Assembly: GCA_963702845.1 (NCBI GenBank)
Contig: OY969763.1
Coordinates: forward strand, 256,001-320,000
DNA length: 64,000 nt
Source: an uncultured Verrucomicrobiae bacterium
GTDB lineage: Bacteria; Verrucomicrobiota; Verrucomicrobiia; Limisphaerales; Palsa-1400
Reading direction: 5' to 3'
Both the position numbers and the translations under genes were made by a program. How positions within the stretch are numbered: position 1 is the stretch's first letter; every line of letters starts with the position of its first letter. Positions 10,592-20,804 of the stretch are shown here, piece by piece. Under the pieces are notes generated by a model. That model did no database searches, had not been told where the DNA came from, and worked only from the letters and a program-made list of their open reading frames with translations.

Positions 10592-13096
10592 ATGCGCCCA
10601 GTCCTCGTTTGCCTCCTTTTCGTTGGCCTTTTCCAAGCGCGAGGTGAAGAAACCAAAGACATCGCTGACGCCGCAAACAAATATGGCGAGGCGATGGTCC
10701 AGCATTGGTTGGTGGTGGACCTTGCCCAACAATTGGAACGCGCCGCCTTTTATCAGCCGCACGCGACTAATACCGAAGCAAACCAGATCAGGCTCGCGCT
10801 ATCGCAAACAGAGGAACAATTGGACGAGGCACGCTCGCTGTATAAAAAGTTGTACAAAAAGCAAGTGACCGGGCACCTCGATGCGCTCGATCAATTGCTC
10901 AGCGCCGCAATGACGCGTGACATTCAAAACGGTGAGCTGGCGCAATCATTGTTAACGCGCATCGGCAGGGAACTCGCTGGAAAAAAATTCCAGCCCATGC
11001 CGGTCAGCAATGAAGACCTCGCGCCAGCGTGGACTCCGAAGTTGATCGGAAAGGATTTCAAGCCGAAACGAATCATTTTCGGCAGCACCGGACAGTTTGG
11101 CGATAACCGCACTTTGCCATTGCGATTTGATTTCGGTAGCAGCGACTACGGTGCATACATGCCCATGGAATCCGCGGGCAAATTAAAAGTGGCTGACAAG
11201 CGCCGCGATCGCACTGATGGCATCTATTCATGGATGGAGACTCATCACGAGGGTTATCATTACTGGGCGGGTGTTTACAATAATCAGAACACGTATGTGG
11301 CTCCGTGGTTTCTAAAGCAGCATACCAACGATGATGATATCTGGATGCGCTTGATTGATGGAAAAATCCCGAGCCGTGGCCAATGGGCACAAGTAAACAT
11401 CTGGAACAAAGATGTCCAAAGTTACCTCACCAACTACTGCGAAACGCAAGGTCGCACCTTCCGCGATGATCCATTTCTCGTCTGTTACGACTACACCGGC
11501 GAACCGCATCCGTTCGGCTCGCAAGCGCCCGGTCTGCCGCAATACAGTGGATATAACGACAGTGCCGTCGTGGCTTTTCGCGATTACCTCCGGAATAGAT
11601 TTAAAATAATCGCGGGTCTCAACGACGCTTGGGGCAGTTGTTACGAATCGTTCAACAACATCCAGCCGCCACCCGATCCGTATGTCACTTTAGAAGCGAA
11701 AGCGACACCGCTCAGTTACGAGTTTCGTTTGTTCCGTCGCGATTCCCACATGCAATTGTGGAAGCGCCTCTACGACGCCTATCGCAAAGGAGACCCGCGT
11801 AAGCCAATCGAAGCCAACATTAGTCAATACATGAGCGGTTGGCCTGTGGAGGCGTTGGATGCTTACGGCATGCAGAAAGCGGGCGCGGCTGATTGGGTCG
11901 ACATGCACATGAACAATTTCCCGCCAAACCTCGCCGAGCAAATTTACCTCTACAGCATCTGCCGCCTCACCGGGAAAGTTCCTGTGCAGTTCGAATACAT
12001 TTGGAGTTTCCCGCGCACGACTCCATTCGATGACAACAGCGAATCCGATTTTCGCGCGACCTGCATGTCGAGCGTCTGGCGCAATCTAGTCTGGGGCAAA
12101 AAAGCACTCGTGTTCTTTGATTTCTATTACGACTGGCCTGCCTACCACAACGCCTTCTTCGATCGCGACGTCGACTACTCAATTCTTCGCCCGTCAGGCT
12201 GTGTCGTGCCGACGACAAAACGAAAGATGCTTCGATTCAACGATCTGCTGATGAACACCGAAGTGGCCGAACCGCCCGTTATTGTTCTGCAACCCGACGC
12301 CAGCGTTTGGAACGGTCCGGCATTGCATCCCAATCAAAGTTTCAGCCACCACATCAACATCGCGCGCAACGACGTTCACAACGTCCTCTATCCAAAAAAT
12401 TACCCATTCCTTTATGTGCCAGAAAATGCCGTGCTCGAAGATCATTACGACCTCGCTAAACAGAAAGTGATCATCCTCCCGGACGCTCCGTATCTGCCGA
12501 AAACGATGACTGACAAACTGCTGGCGTGGGTTAAATCCGGCGGAACGCTGCTCTGCATCGGCGTGCCGGGAATCTGGACGCCCTACGGCAAAGACGACTT
12601 GCGCCTCGTCACTACGATTTTCGGCAAGAGCGAGGTGCGCGATACCGATCCCGGTAAATGGAAATGGTTCTGGAACATCACTACGCCGAACGAAGGTGTG
12701 CAACTGATGCGCGATGGCGACAGACTTGCCGGCGCAGTCGCGCGTTACGGCAAAGGCACCGTGTTCGTAGCGACCGAGAACTTCAACAGCTCATTAAAAG
12801 AACTATTCTTCCATGCCATCGATTCCGCGATCGGTTTGCGTCCAGCCTCGTGCATGAAGAACAGCTTCGAACTTGTCTTGCGCGAAGATAAACACGGCCA
12901 TCGTTTTCTGTTCGCACTCAATCCAAGCACGCGCGAGGTGCGTCAGGATGACGTCGTGCTCGCCGGTAATTACAAACACTGCATTGATCTGGGCGTTGGC
13001 TCCGGCGTTTCAATTCCTGCTACCCACGATGCGAAGACGACGAAGTTCGCCCTGCGCCTCGAACCGGGCGAAGGAACGGCAATTGAGTTGCGCTAG
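10592..13096 (+). CDS. Secreted GH42-like beta-galactosidase family protein
   Basis: Signal peptide; GEPH, AFRDYLRNRFKIIAGLNDAWGS, trimerisation-domain-like KVIILPDAP...WVKSGGTLL. Confidence 0.75.
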   Translation: MRPVLVCLLFVGLFQARGEETKDIADAANKYGEAMVQHWLVVDLAQQLERAAFYQPHATNTEANQIRLALSQTEEQLDEARSLYKKLYKKQVTGHLDALDQLLSAAMTRDIQNGELAQSLLTRIGRELAGKKFQPMPVSNEDLAPAWTPKLIGKDFKPKRIIFGSTGQFGDNRTLPLRFDFGSSDYGAYMPMESAGKLKVADKRRDRTDGIYSWMETHHEGYHYWAGVYNNQNTYVAPWFLKQHTNDDDIWMRLIDGKIPSRGQWAQVNIWNKDVQSYLTNYCETQGRTFRDDPFLVCYDYTGEPHPFGSQAPGLPQYSGYNDSAVVAFRDYLRNRFKIIAGLNDAWGSCYESFNNIQPPPDPYVTLEAKATPLSYEFRLFRRDSHMQLWKRLYDAYRKGDPRKPIEANISQYMSGWPVEALDAYGMQKAGAADWVDMHMNNFPPNLAEQIYLYSICRLTGKVPVQFEYIWSFPRTTPFDDNSESDFRATCMSSVWRNLVWGKKALVFFDFYYDWPAYHNAFFDRDVDYSILRPSGCVVPTTKRKMLRFNDLLMNTEVAEPPVIVLQPDASVWNGPALHPNQSFSHHINIARNDVHNVLYPKNYPFLYVPENAVLEDHYDLAKQKVIILPDAPYLPKTMTDKLLAWVKSGGTLLCIGVPGIWTPYGKDDLRLVTTIFGKSEVRDTDPGKWKWFWNITTPNEGVQLMRDGDRLAGAVARYGKGTVFVATENFNSSLKELFFHAIDSAIGLRPASCMKNSFELVLREDKHGHRFLFALNPSTREVRQDDVVLAGNYKHCIDLGVGSGVSIPATHDAKTTKFALRLEPGEGTAIELR

Positions 13097-13158
13097 CGAG
13101 GTCGTTGTAATTTTGACAAAGTTGAGCGAGCTTTGCTGGATAGTTAAGGGAGGGAGAT

Positions 13159-14232
13159 TTGGCGGGGAACGTTCCAATTTTGCCATCGAACACTGGACCT
13201 GAAATTCCAGCGCGCGAGGAATTTGTTCGGCGCACCTGGATCGTGGTTTTCATCGTTGCTGGGGCCATTGCTTTCGCGCTCGTATTCTGGAGGGCGACGA
13301 ACATTTTCCTGATGTCGTTTGCCGGCGCGTTGTTGGCGATTTTCCTGCGGAGCCTGGCCAACCTCGTTCATCGTTGGACGAGGATGCGGCCCCACCATGC
13401 CGTCCTTCTCGTGCTGGTTGTTCTGCTCGCGTTATTTGCCGGAGCATGTTGGCTCGTTGCCGCGCCCGCTTCGCAACAGTTCGATCAACTCAGTAAGCAA
13501 GTGCCCATCGCCATCTCTAAACTGCAACAGCAGGTCATGGAAAGCACCGCCGGACGTTTTGTCTTGGAACGGATGGGTAGCGCAAGCGCTGAAACAGCAG
13601 CCGTGACTCAGCATGTCGGCAGTTTCTTCTCTGTGACGGTTGAAAGTGTTGTGGGCCTGCTGGTGATTGCGTTTTGCGGGATCTTTTTTGCGCTGAATCC
13701 TGATCTTTACATTGGGGGCTTCCTGTTACTTTTTCCGCGCATCAGACGTGAACGGACCCGTACAATCGTCTATGAACTCGGCGTCAATCTTCAGCACTGG
13801 TTGCTCGGGCAGGTGATTGCGATGACGATCATTGGAGTGCTGACTTGGATCGGACTGATGATAATCGGTGTGCCCTTGGCGGGAGCGCTTGGGGTGATCG
13901 CCGGGATTCTCGACTTCATTCCGGTTGTCGGACCTTGGATAGCGGGAATCCTCGCGGCGCTATTGGCAATAGTTCAGGATCCGATGAAGGCGGTTTGGGT
14001 GGCAGTTTTATTTATCGGGTTGCATCTGTTCGAGGGGCACGTGCTGATTCCTCAGGTGCAGAAGTATTCGACAAAGTTGCCGCCGGTGTTGACCATTCTG
14101 GCGTTGGCGTTGTTTGCCAAGGTCTTCGGATTCATGGGCTTGCTCGTGGCAACGCCCTTGCTGGTCGTTGTTTTGATCCTTGTCAAAACAATGTATCGGG
14201 AAGACGTGCTGAAACGGACAGGGGTAGATTAG
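13159..14232 (+). CDS. AI-2E family (PerM/YhhT) transporter
   Basis: Multi-TM; WLLGQ, LDFIPVVGP, EGHVLIPQV, GLLVATPL. Confidence 0.9.
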   Translation: MAGNVPILPSNTGPEIPAREEFVRRTWIVVFIVAGAIAFALVFWRATNIFLMSFAGALLAIFLRSLANLVHRWTRMRPHHAVLLVLVVLLALFAGACWLVAAPASQQFDQLSKQVPIAISKLQQQVMESTAGRFVLERMGSASAETAAVTQHVGSFFSVTVESVVGLLVIAFCGIFFALNPDLYIGGFLLLFPRIRRERTRTIVYELGVNLQHWLLGQVIAMTIIGVLTWIGLMIIGVPLAGALGVIAGILDFIPVVGPWIAGILAALLAIVQDPMKAVWVAVLFIGLHLFEGHVLIPQVQKYSTKLPPVLTILALALFAKVFGFMGLLVATPLLVVVLILVKTMYREDVLKRTGVD

Positions 14233-14398
14233 GCGAACTGTAACGTTATCGTAACGCAGAAAACTGTGCGTTTTGATGCCCAGAGGCTCCGTTTCGGTAC
14301 ATTACTGTTGACGCGCTAATCATTAGTTTTTATTCTAGCGTCATAATTGAGGTTTTTACCTCGGTTCCTCCGGACCCAATGACAACGTGCATTGTTTG

Positions 14399-17144
14399 TC
14401 ATTGGGTCTTTTTCATTGTCCAACCGCGGCGCACGAGAAGTGTCAACATTGCAGGCAAGAATGTCAGCCCGGCGATCATGCAAGTCGCAATGCCCACAGA
14501 CATGACGAATCCCAAACTTTGAATGCCTTGATGGCGCGCCAGGATCAGGCTGCCGAAACCGGTGATAGCGGTCAGGCCGGAAACGAGGACGGCTTTGCCG
14601 GTACTTTTCGCGAGAATGGCTGGGTTTTGTTCCTCGGCGAATCGGTTCAAAATATGGATGCCGTTGGTAACCCCGATTCCGACGACCAGGGGCAACGTCA
14701 TGATGTTCGCCGGATTGAAGGGGATGCCGGTGACGCCCATGAAACCCATCATCCAGATCGTTCCAATCGCAACCGGCAGTAACGCCAGAATGACGCAAAG
14801 GAACGAGCGGAAGTGAAGCAGCACCATGATCGCGATGGCGATGAGAGAGTAGAGCGCGGCTTGTTGGTAGCTGTTTTTTAGCAGCGTCGTGTAAACGAAC
14901 AACTGGGTTGGGGTGCCAGTCACTTTTTCTTCGGGCAATGAGGACAGTTCGTCCATTAGTTTTTTCTGGTTCCCATGTTCCCACAGGCTGTTCTCGGCTT
15001 TGGGAAATACCTGGATCTGCAATTTGCCGGTTTTGCCGATGAAACGGTTCTTCAAGGCGGGCGGCAAATCTTCGGCGCGCAATGGGGCGGCGATTTGATT
15101 GCGCAGATTGGAAAAGGTGTCGTGCAGGTCGTCGAAGAGCGCGTCCTGGTAATGGTAGAGGCGTTCGGGAACTTGGGGTTCACCGCTCAGCATCTTGCGA
15201 CGAAATACTGTGACGGAATCGTGCAATTCCTTCATTTGTTTGGCGATCTCGGGTTCGTTTGTGCGTGTCTCATCCACGATCAACCCGAGGTAACCATTCA
15301 GTGAAAAGAGCGTCACGCCGAGTTCCTGCAAATCGATGCTGTTGGTATCTTCCGGCGCGAATTTTACACTGGCCAATTCGTTGGTGATTTCGCGCACGAT
15401 TTTGACCTTTTTCGATTGATCGCCCGCGAGGAATTCGGTTGGAGAAATGGTATTGCTCGCCGAGATGATGCTGCCGGGTTTGGCGGCGAGTTCTTTGATC
15501 TTTTTCTCGAACTCCTGGGCTTCTTTCAGGTCGTCGGCCACAACCGCGGCGTAAAGCACTGACTGGCCGGCGGAATCGATGAGCTTCTGTTCGTAAACCA
15601 CTGACGGCAGGCCTTTGCTCTGCATGTTGAGCAGGTTGTAATCGAAAAATACTTTGGGGAGCACGAGTGCGCACAACAGGCAGATGCCGACGGTGATGCC
15701 GGTGACGATGAGTGGTCGTTGCAGCCACATGTTTTCGATTTGGACGCGCTTTTCGACCTGCGGCCCAAGTTGATGATCGATTTCGTTTTGCCGACCGCGC
15801 ATGAGCAGGACGGGCAACATCGTCATCATTGGGATGAGACAGAGCACGAGGCCGCCGCCGGAAATGAGGCCCATTTCCTGAATGCCTTTGAACTTGGTGA
15901 AGCCCATCGCGAGAAACGCGGCGGCAGTCGTCAATGCACCGGTGACGATGCCCTGGCCGGTGAAGACCATTGCTTTTTCCACACCTTCGGCTTCGGTGCG
16001 ACCCCGGCGCATTTCTTCTTCGTAACGCGTGATGAAGTGGACACCAAAATCGATTGCCAGACCGATCAGCATTGGCGCGAAGGTGATTGTAAGAACGTTG
16101 AGATGTCCGATCGCGGCAGTGGTGAAGCCCATCGTGTAACCGAGTCCGATGACAAGGCATAGCACGGCTTTGAGGGGGCGGCCGGTTTGTTGATAGGCGT
16201 AGATGAAAATCAGTGAGCAAATGACGAGAGATGCAATACTGGCAACGGTCGAGTCGTGCTCGGACTGGTGCATTTCGTCGTACTCGAGGACCGGGCCGCC
16301 GGTCAGGCCGATGTTCACGCCGGCCACTTCGTGTTGTGTTTCGGCAATGAGCTGCCCGCATTTTCTCGACGGCCGGCCCGTTCACTTCTTCATTACGCGG
16401 GCGGGCGGTGAGCAGATAAATGCGGCCGTTGTTGAACGTGATATAGATCTGTTTTTCCGCTTCTTCACCGGCGCCGAACAGGGCATTCACGCCGGGAGAG
16501 ACGGCCATGCCGGGGCGCTCGAGACTGGCGGTCCCCTGGTCGACGATTCGTTTCAGGGCCGGAATCGATTTCATCAAGGAATCGTTCTGCGCGTTGGTCT
16601 CGCGTTTGGCGGTGCGGATTTGTGTGTTAATCAGGCCGAAGAGTGAATCGAGGTTCGTCGCCTGGGTGAACTTCTCGATGAACGGCTGCATGTTGTGCAG
16701 CGTGTCGCGCAAGTCGACGAGGTTGGTTTCGTCGATGAACAGCAAGGCTTTTTTGCCGAGCATGTTCATGTCGCCCTTGTAGAAGACGTCTTCAAAGGTG
16801 TTGGTCAACGGGTCGAGTTTGGCCGCCAGGCGCTCGACGAACTGGCGGTTGCGCTCCATGTTCTCGCTTTCCACAACCACGACCAATTCATCCTGTTGCG
16901 GGAACTCCTGGCGGAACTTCAGATAAATATTGTGATAACGGTCTTTCTCGCCGACGAGGTTGTCGCGGTTCATGTCCATCTCGAGCCCGCGCAATCCGAA
17001 GGACTTGAATGCCCCTGCCGTGTAGAAAATGCAAAAAATGCAGAGCAGGATTTGCGGCCAGATGAACCACTTCGGATGACGCAAGAGCAGCCGCGTAACA
17101 AAACGCAGCGCATTTGCGAAAGCCGAAGAGAACGGTGATTGCAT
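14399..17144 (-). CDS. MMPL/RND family lipid transporter (HpnN-like), split by a +1 indel at ~16356
   Basis: Two MMPL halves; LIGLAIDFGVH and VVGIGVTNGIH TM4 motifs. Removing one G restores EKMRQLIAETQHEVAGVNIG, joining ORFs 15270-17144 and 14399-16327. Confidence 0.85.
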
Positions 17145-17265
17145 TTTTTAAAACCTTTAAGGATTAGAAATCAAGAGGTTGCCGCCAACAATCAAAAACT
17201 AAATCGAATGTTGGGGACTGTCAGCCGGTTTAAAGTAGGGGAGTCAACGCAAAGGCGCAGCCAAA

Positions 17266-17308
17266 GTCGAGGGGTCGAAGGTCGAAAGTCGAGAGCCAAA
17301 AGGGAGCC
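17266..17308 (+). repeat. GTCGA heptamer-type dispersed repeat (copy 1)
   Basis: GTCGA x4 at 17266/17274/17281/17288, then GAGCCAAAA-GGGAGCC; inverted near-copy at 62903-62951. Confidence 0.7.
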
Positions 17309-17536
17309 GAGAACCAATTGGAAAAATTTTGCCAAAAATGCGCAACTTTTGCAGATAGCACTGCGAAGGTGCAAAGAGTATTTGAAACATGGAGCGGAGA
17401 AATTATGGGTGCGGGTTGTGGATTGTGGTTCTAACATCTTTTGGTTTTGGTTTAAAACGGTTTAAAAAAGTTCAATTACGAGGAATGTGTTCAGTTGATT
17501 TGTGGTTTTCATAAATATTTATTTATTTCGTTTTAG

Positions 17537-17582
17537 GCGTCAAAAAGCGTCAAATTGCGTCAAAAAGCGTCAAAAAGCGTCA
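17537..17582. repeat. 10-bp tandem repeat (GCGTCAAAAA) x4.6 overlapping the stop codon of the gp27-like gene
   Basis: gcgtcaaaaa gcgtcaaatt gcgtcaaaaa gcgtcaaaaa gcgtca. Confidence 0.9.
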
Positions 17583-18329
17583 TGAGGCGCAGTTTTGTGA
17601 CGGGTTGTCGCGGGTCCCGGGCGGAGACCATGAGTCGGGAATGTTGAAGGCGAGTCGGACGGCTTGTTCGCCGAGTGGTGTTGGGCCTGTGGGGTGATTG
17701 GCCGAGAATTTTTCGCGGATGAGTTCGATCTTTTGCTGACGTTGGCTTTCGAGAACCTGGGTGTTGATGAGGCGAGCGAGTTTGTAGAAGTGACCGGGTT
17801 TTTCGGTTAGGCCGTTGGTGATGAGGTTGGGATCGAAGTCGTGCATAGTTTGGGTGAGTTGAGCGGCGAGCATGAGGCGGTTGAATTCGACACAATCGTC
17901 CATGCCGTTGGTTTTGAATTTTTCGACGTGGTCTTTGACGTTGTCGATTTTGAGGCAGGCGGTTTCGACGCGTTCTTCTTTTCGAAGCCACTCGGCGTGG
18001 CCGCTTTTAACCCAACGGCGAATGTTGGAGGTGTTAAATCCGGGATGGCCTTTTTCGGCGAGTTGTTCGCAGATTTTGGAGTAAGGGACGTGGTCGGAAA
18101 GCGACTTGTTGACGAAGGTGCGGATTTCGAGGGGGAGTTCGGTGATTTTGCTGCGGTGAGGGCGATGGGCGCGTTTTGGTCGAACGGCGTTGATGTCGTC
18201 GAGCGCGGCAGGCTCGGAGGCCTGCGATACGGCAGGTTTAGAAACCTGCGATACGGGGAGTGCGGGGCTAGTTTCAATTGCGCCTTCGGTGCATAAGGCA
18301 GGAGGAATGTTTGTTGTTTCGTTATTCAT
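17580..18329 (-). CDS. Orphan phage Mu gp27/DUF3486-like helix-turn-helix protein
   Basis: RSKITELPLEIRTFVNKSLSDHVPYSKICEQLAEKGHPGFNTSNIRRW resembles the DUF3486 N-terminus (SKI..LP..IR..L...L.....Y..I...L...G..IS.S...R); helical/coiled C-terminus; no other phage genes nearby. Confidence 0.6.
   Translation of the reverse strand: MNNETTNIPPALCTEGAIETSPALPVSQVSKPAVSQASEPAALDDINAVRPKRAHRPHRSKITELPLEIRTFVNKSLSDHVPYSKICEQLAEKGHPGFNTSNIRRWVKSGHAEWLRKEERVETACLKIDNVKDHVEKFKTNGMDDCVEFNRLMLAAQLTQTMHDFDPNLITNGLTEKPGHFYKLARLINTQVLESQRQQKIELIREKFSANHPTGPTPLGEQAVRLAFNIPDSWSPPGTRDNPSQNCAS
18207..18254. repeat. Two tandem 24-bp REP-like palindromes inside the gp27-like CDS
   Basis: GGCAGGCTCGGAGGCCTGCGATAC followed by GGCAGGTTTAGAAACCTGCGATAC. 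Confidence 0.7.
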
Positions 18330-18370
18330 AACTCATCTTTTTAATTCATTTCGGATTAGTGTAGCAACGC

Positions 18371-18395
18371 CACTTGGACAAAGGCTGTCCAAGTG
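18371..18395. promoter_or_regulatory. Perfect 10-bp inverted repeat upstream of the gp27-like gene (operator-like)
   Basis: CACTTGGACA-AAGGC-TGTCCAAGTG, about 40 nt before the ATG at 18329. Confidence 0.55.
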
Positions 18396-18638
18396 AAAAT
18401 ATTTGTTTTTATTTTGAAAGGACTGCAGGGCAGCCGGTTAGGTGGAAAAATGGCTTTGACGGGGTTTTTTATTTAGAAAGAAGAGGTTGTCTCGCGGAAG
18501 ACGCGAAGTGGGAGTGGAAATGTGGTTGACAGTTCGAGAGCGTGGCGGACCTAATGACACAAGGAAAAGATTTCCTCCTTTAACGTTCACTTATGAGATA
18601 GCGAACACTTGTCGCATATTGTTTCTTAGGCTGCATCT

Positions 18639-19070
18639 ATGGCAATGCTCGGCGAAACTCGATCCAGGAGGCGGACGCGGTATCTGATTGCGTTTATGGT
18701 GACAATCGTCGCTGGCTTGGCATCGAGACGCTTCTCACAAGTGCTTCCGGCATTTTTGGGTAAGTATCCGGGAGATGCTCTTTGGTCACTCATGGTATTC
18801 TTCGGTTTGGGCATCATCTTCAAACAGGCCTCGAGTCTTAAATTGGGCTGTGCGGCGCTCGGCTTCTCTTTCGGAATTGAAGCACTTAAATTGTGGCAAG
18901 CGCCTTGGCTGGTGAGTATTCGTCGCACAACGTTGGGTCATTTGGTCTTCGGACATGTCTTTTCGTGGCAGAACCTCGTCGCATACACGGTCGGTATTCT
19001 TGTGGGATTAATCGTGGAAGTTCTGTTCGCGCGATTCTTATGTGTTGCTGGTGATCACAACGCCGATTAA
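18639..19070 (+). CDS. DUF2809 family membrane protein
   Basis: GLASRR, YPGDALW, IEALKLWQAPWL...R.TTLGHLVFG..FSW..L.AY. Confidence 0.85.
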   Translation: MAMLGETRSRRRTRYLIAFMVTIVAGLASRRFSQVLPAFLGKYPGDALWSLMVFFGLGIIFKQASSLKLGCAALGFSFGIEALKLWQAPWLVSIRRTTLGHLVFGHVFSWQNLVAYTVGILVGLIVEVLFARFLCVAGDHNAD

Positions 19071-19189
19071 TTGTGCGCTGCAGTCAACTCCCGACGATCT
19101 TGGCAATTCAAACTGGCAGAGGTATTCTCTTGTCACTGGCTTCGGCTGCATACCGCGCTGGCGGCTGTGGCTGAGCTGAAACGTTATGC
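19065..19189 (+). mobile_element. Degenerate integron attC-like site
   Basis: Begins GATTAAT-TGT-GCGCTGCAG (R''/L''-like) at the upstream stop codon and ends GCTGAGCT-GAAAC-GTTATGC (L'/R'), 10 nt before the next ATG; 125 bp. Confidence 0.55.
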
Positions 19190-19199
19190 GGCTCACGTC

Positions 19200-19613
19200 A
19201 TGGCTGTCGTAGACGACATTCTCGCAGAACGCCGTTGCGGTGTTGTCCACTGCGGCGTGTCTCATCTTGCCCACAAAGACATTTTGAAACTCGCGAGCGA
19301 ATTCGGACTGCATGACGACCCATCGGTATTTGCTCCGATCACTGGCTCCAATGCCGTCGCGCTGGTTGCCTCAATACTGCACAAGGACATGGCCTACAGC
19401 CATCCATTGATGGCGGAGGAACGCGCCAAAGAATTGGCGGAACGGTTTCTTGAGCAGTTCGGCGCAGAGGCAAAACTCTACAGCAATGGCTGGACTGGCT
19501 CGGAGACCGAATCGACCGGATGGAACCCTGCCACTGATGCCACCTTTGATACCGGCGTCTTGATCATTGGCAATGATCACTCCGGTTGCATCTGGGTGGA
19601 AGACGAAGACTGA
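19200..19613 (+). CDS. Conserved hypothetical protein (cassette-like, acidic C-terminus WVEDED)
   Basis: Start moved to the ATG at 19200, just after the attC-like site; LHKDMAY...WNPATDATFDTGV...WVEDED. Confidence 0.7.
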   Translation: MAVVDDILAERRCGVVHCGVSHLAHKDILKLASEFGLHDDPSVFAPITGSNAVALVASILHKDMAYSHPLMAEERAKELAERFLEQFGAEAKLYSNGWTGSETESTGWNPATDATFDTGVLIIGNDHSGCIWVEDED

Positions 19614-19648
19614 AGTTTCACTCGTTCGCGCTCATAATCACACAATTT

Positions 19649-20215
19649 ATGATAAATAAGAAACCAGAGGCCCTTTGTCGGATGGCGAATATCGCGTTGG
19701 TCCTTCTGTTCGTCCTCTGCGGATGCAAAAGCCATCCGGGGCAGTCACCGAACCAGGTACCAGCTGTAATTGGCCAGACGACACAGCACCTTGAGAATGG
19801 AGTCTACTTGAGCCTGCGCGAGTCGTCCGCACAGCAAGAGGCCCGACTAACGGGTGTTCCATCGGTTGTGCTCGCTTATGACCGCAGAAAATATAGCGGT
19901 GCCCCGCCGAACGAGCCTCTCACCTACGTTGCCATTGATCCGAAAGATTTCGTCCCGCTGATTATCGAAGGCGCGCCGGAAATGAAAAGCGATGGGCAGG
20001 GCAAAAGCATTCTCACAGCATCACTGTCGCGCAAAAATGCGGAACGGCTAGAGGCCTTTACCCGCGCGCACCTTCATGGCCGCATCGCGCTGGTGGTGGA
20101 TGGAGAGGTCGTGACGTTGCACAAGATTCAGAGCGTCGTCACCGGTGGTAAGCTGCAAATCACTCGCTGCACCGACAACGCGTGTGAAGTGATCCGTTCG
20201 AAGCTCGTGAACTAG
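19649..20215 (+). CDS. Lipoprotein with a SecDF P1-head-like subdomain
   Basis: Lipobox LCGC; LEAFTRAHLHGRIALVVDGEVV...I.S..TGGKLQIT. Confidence 0.7.
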   Translation: MINKKPEALCRMANIALVLLFVLCGCKSHPGQSPNQVPAVIGQTTQHLENGVYLSLRESSAQQEARLTGVPSVVLAYDRRKYSGAPPNEPLTYVAIDPKDFVPLIIEGAPEMKSDGQGKSILTASLSRKNAERLEAFTRAHLHGRIALVVDGEVVTLHKIQSVVTGGKLQITRCTDNACEVIRSKLVN

Positions 20216-20255
20216 AATAGACCAACGAGAGCGCTGAGCTTATGTGTTTGACGGC

Positions 20256-20564
20256 ATGAATACTTTCGACCGATTACAGAGTTGGTACAAACGCCAATGC
20301 AACGGTGTCTGGGAGCACTCATCGGGCATTCGCATTGAGAGCTGCGACAATCCTGGCTGGTGGGTTAAGATCAATCTCGCGGGAACAAGTTTGCAGGCTC
20401 GCCCGTTCGCCGAGGTCGCTGAACGAATTGATGCGCGGCGTTTCGCTCTTGGCCCGCGATGGTTGAGCTGTCGTGTCGAAGGTGACACATGGCACGGCGC
20501 GGGAGACGAAACCAAGCTGGAGCGCATCCTTGAGGTGTTTCTCGTTTGTTTGGGCCGAGCCTAA
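20256..20564 (+). CDS. Immunity protein 53 (Imm53)-like, orphan
   Basis: LQSWY..QCNG.WEH..GI.I...DNPGW...I.L..T; W.GAGD...L..IL..F. Confidence 0.85.
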   Translation: MNTFDRLQSWYKRQCNGVWEHSSGIRIESCDNPGWWVKINLAGTSLQARPFAEVAERIDARRFALGPRWLSCRVEGDTWHGAGDETKLERILEVFLVCLGRA

Positions 20565-20804
20565 TACTGTGTGATAGAGCATAAGAGTGAGCGGCCCAAC
20601 CATGCGCTGCAGCGTCTATGAGGGTTGTCAGGCGGTCACGCGGAGGCGCGGAGGCCGCGGAGAGGAAGGAACTGACCTGCTTGGGGTGGCGAATGGCGGG
20701 ATGTCAGAACGGGCCGCGCGCGAAGCGATGGGATGATTGTTCCGTGTTGAAAAGATGCGGATAGGAAGGACATTTCAGGGGACTCGCGAATCTGCACTTC
20801 ATAC

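Noticed and set aside
17580..20564. Intact prophage or polymorphic-toxin locus
   Set aside because: No structural, integrase, replication or toxin genes are present; only a lone gp27-like gene and an orphan immunity gene.
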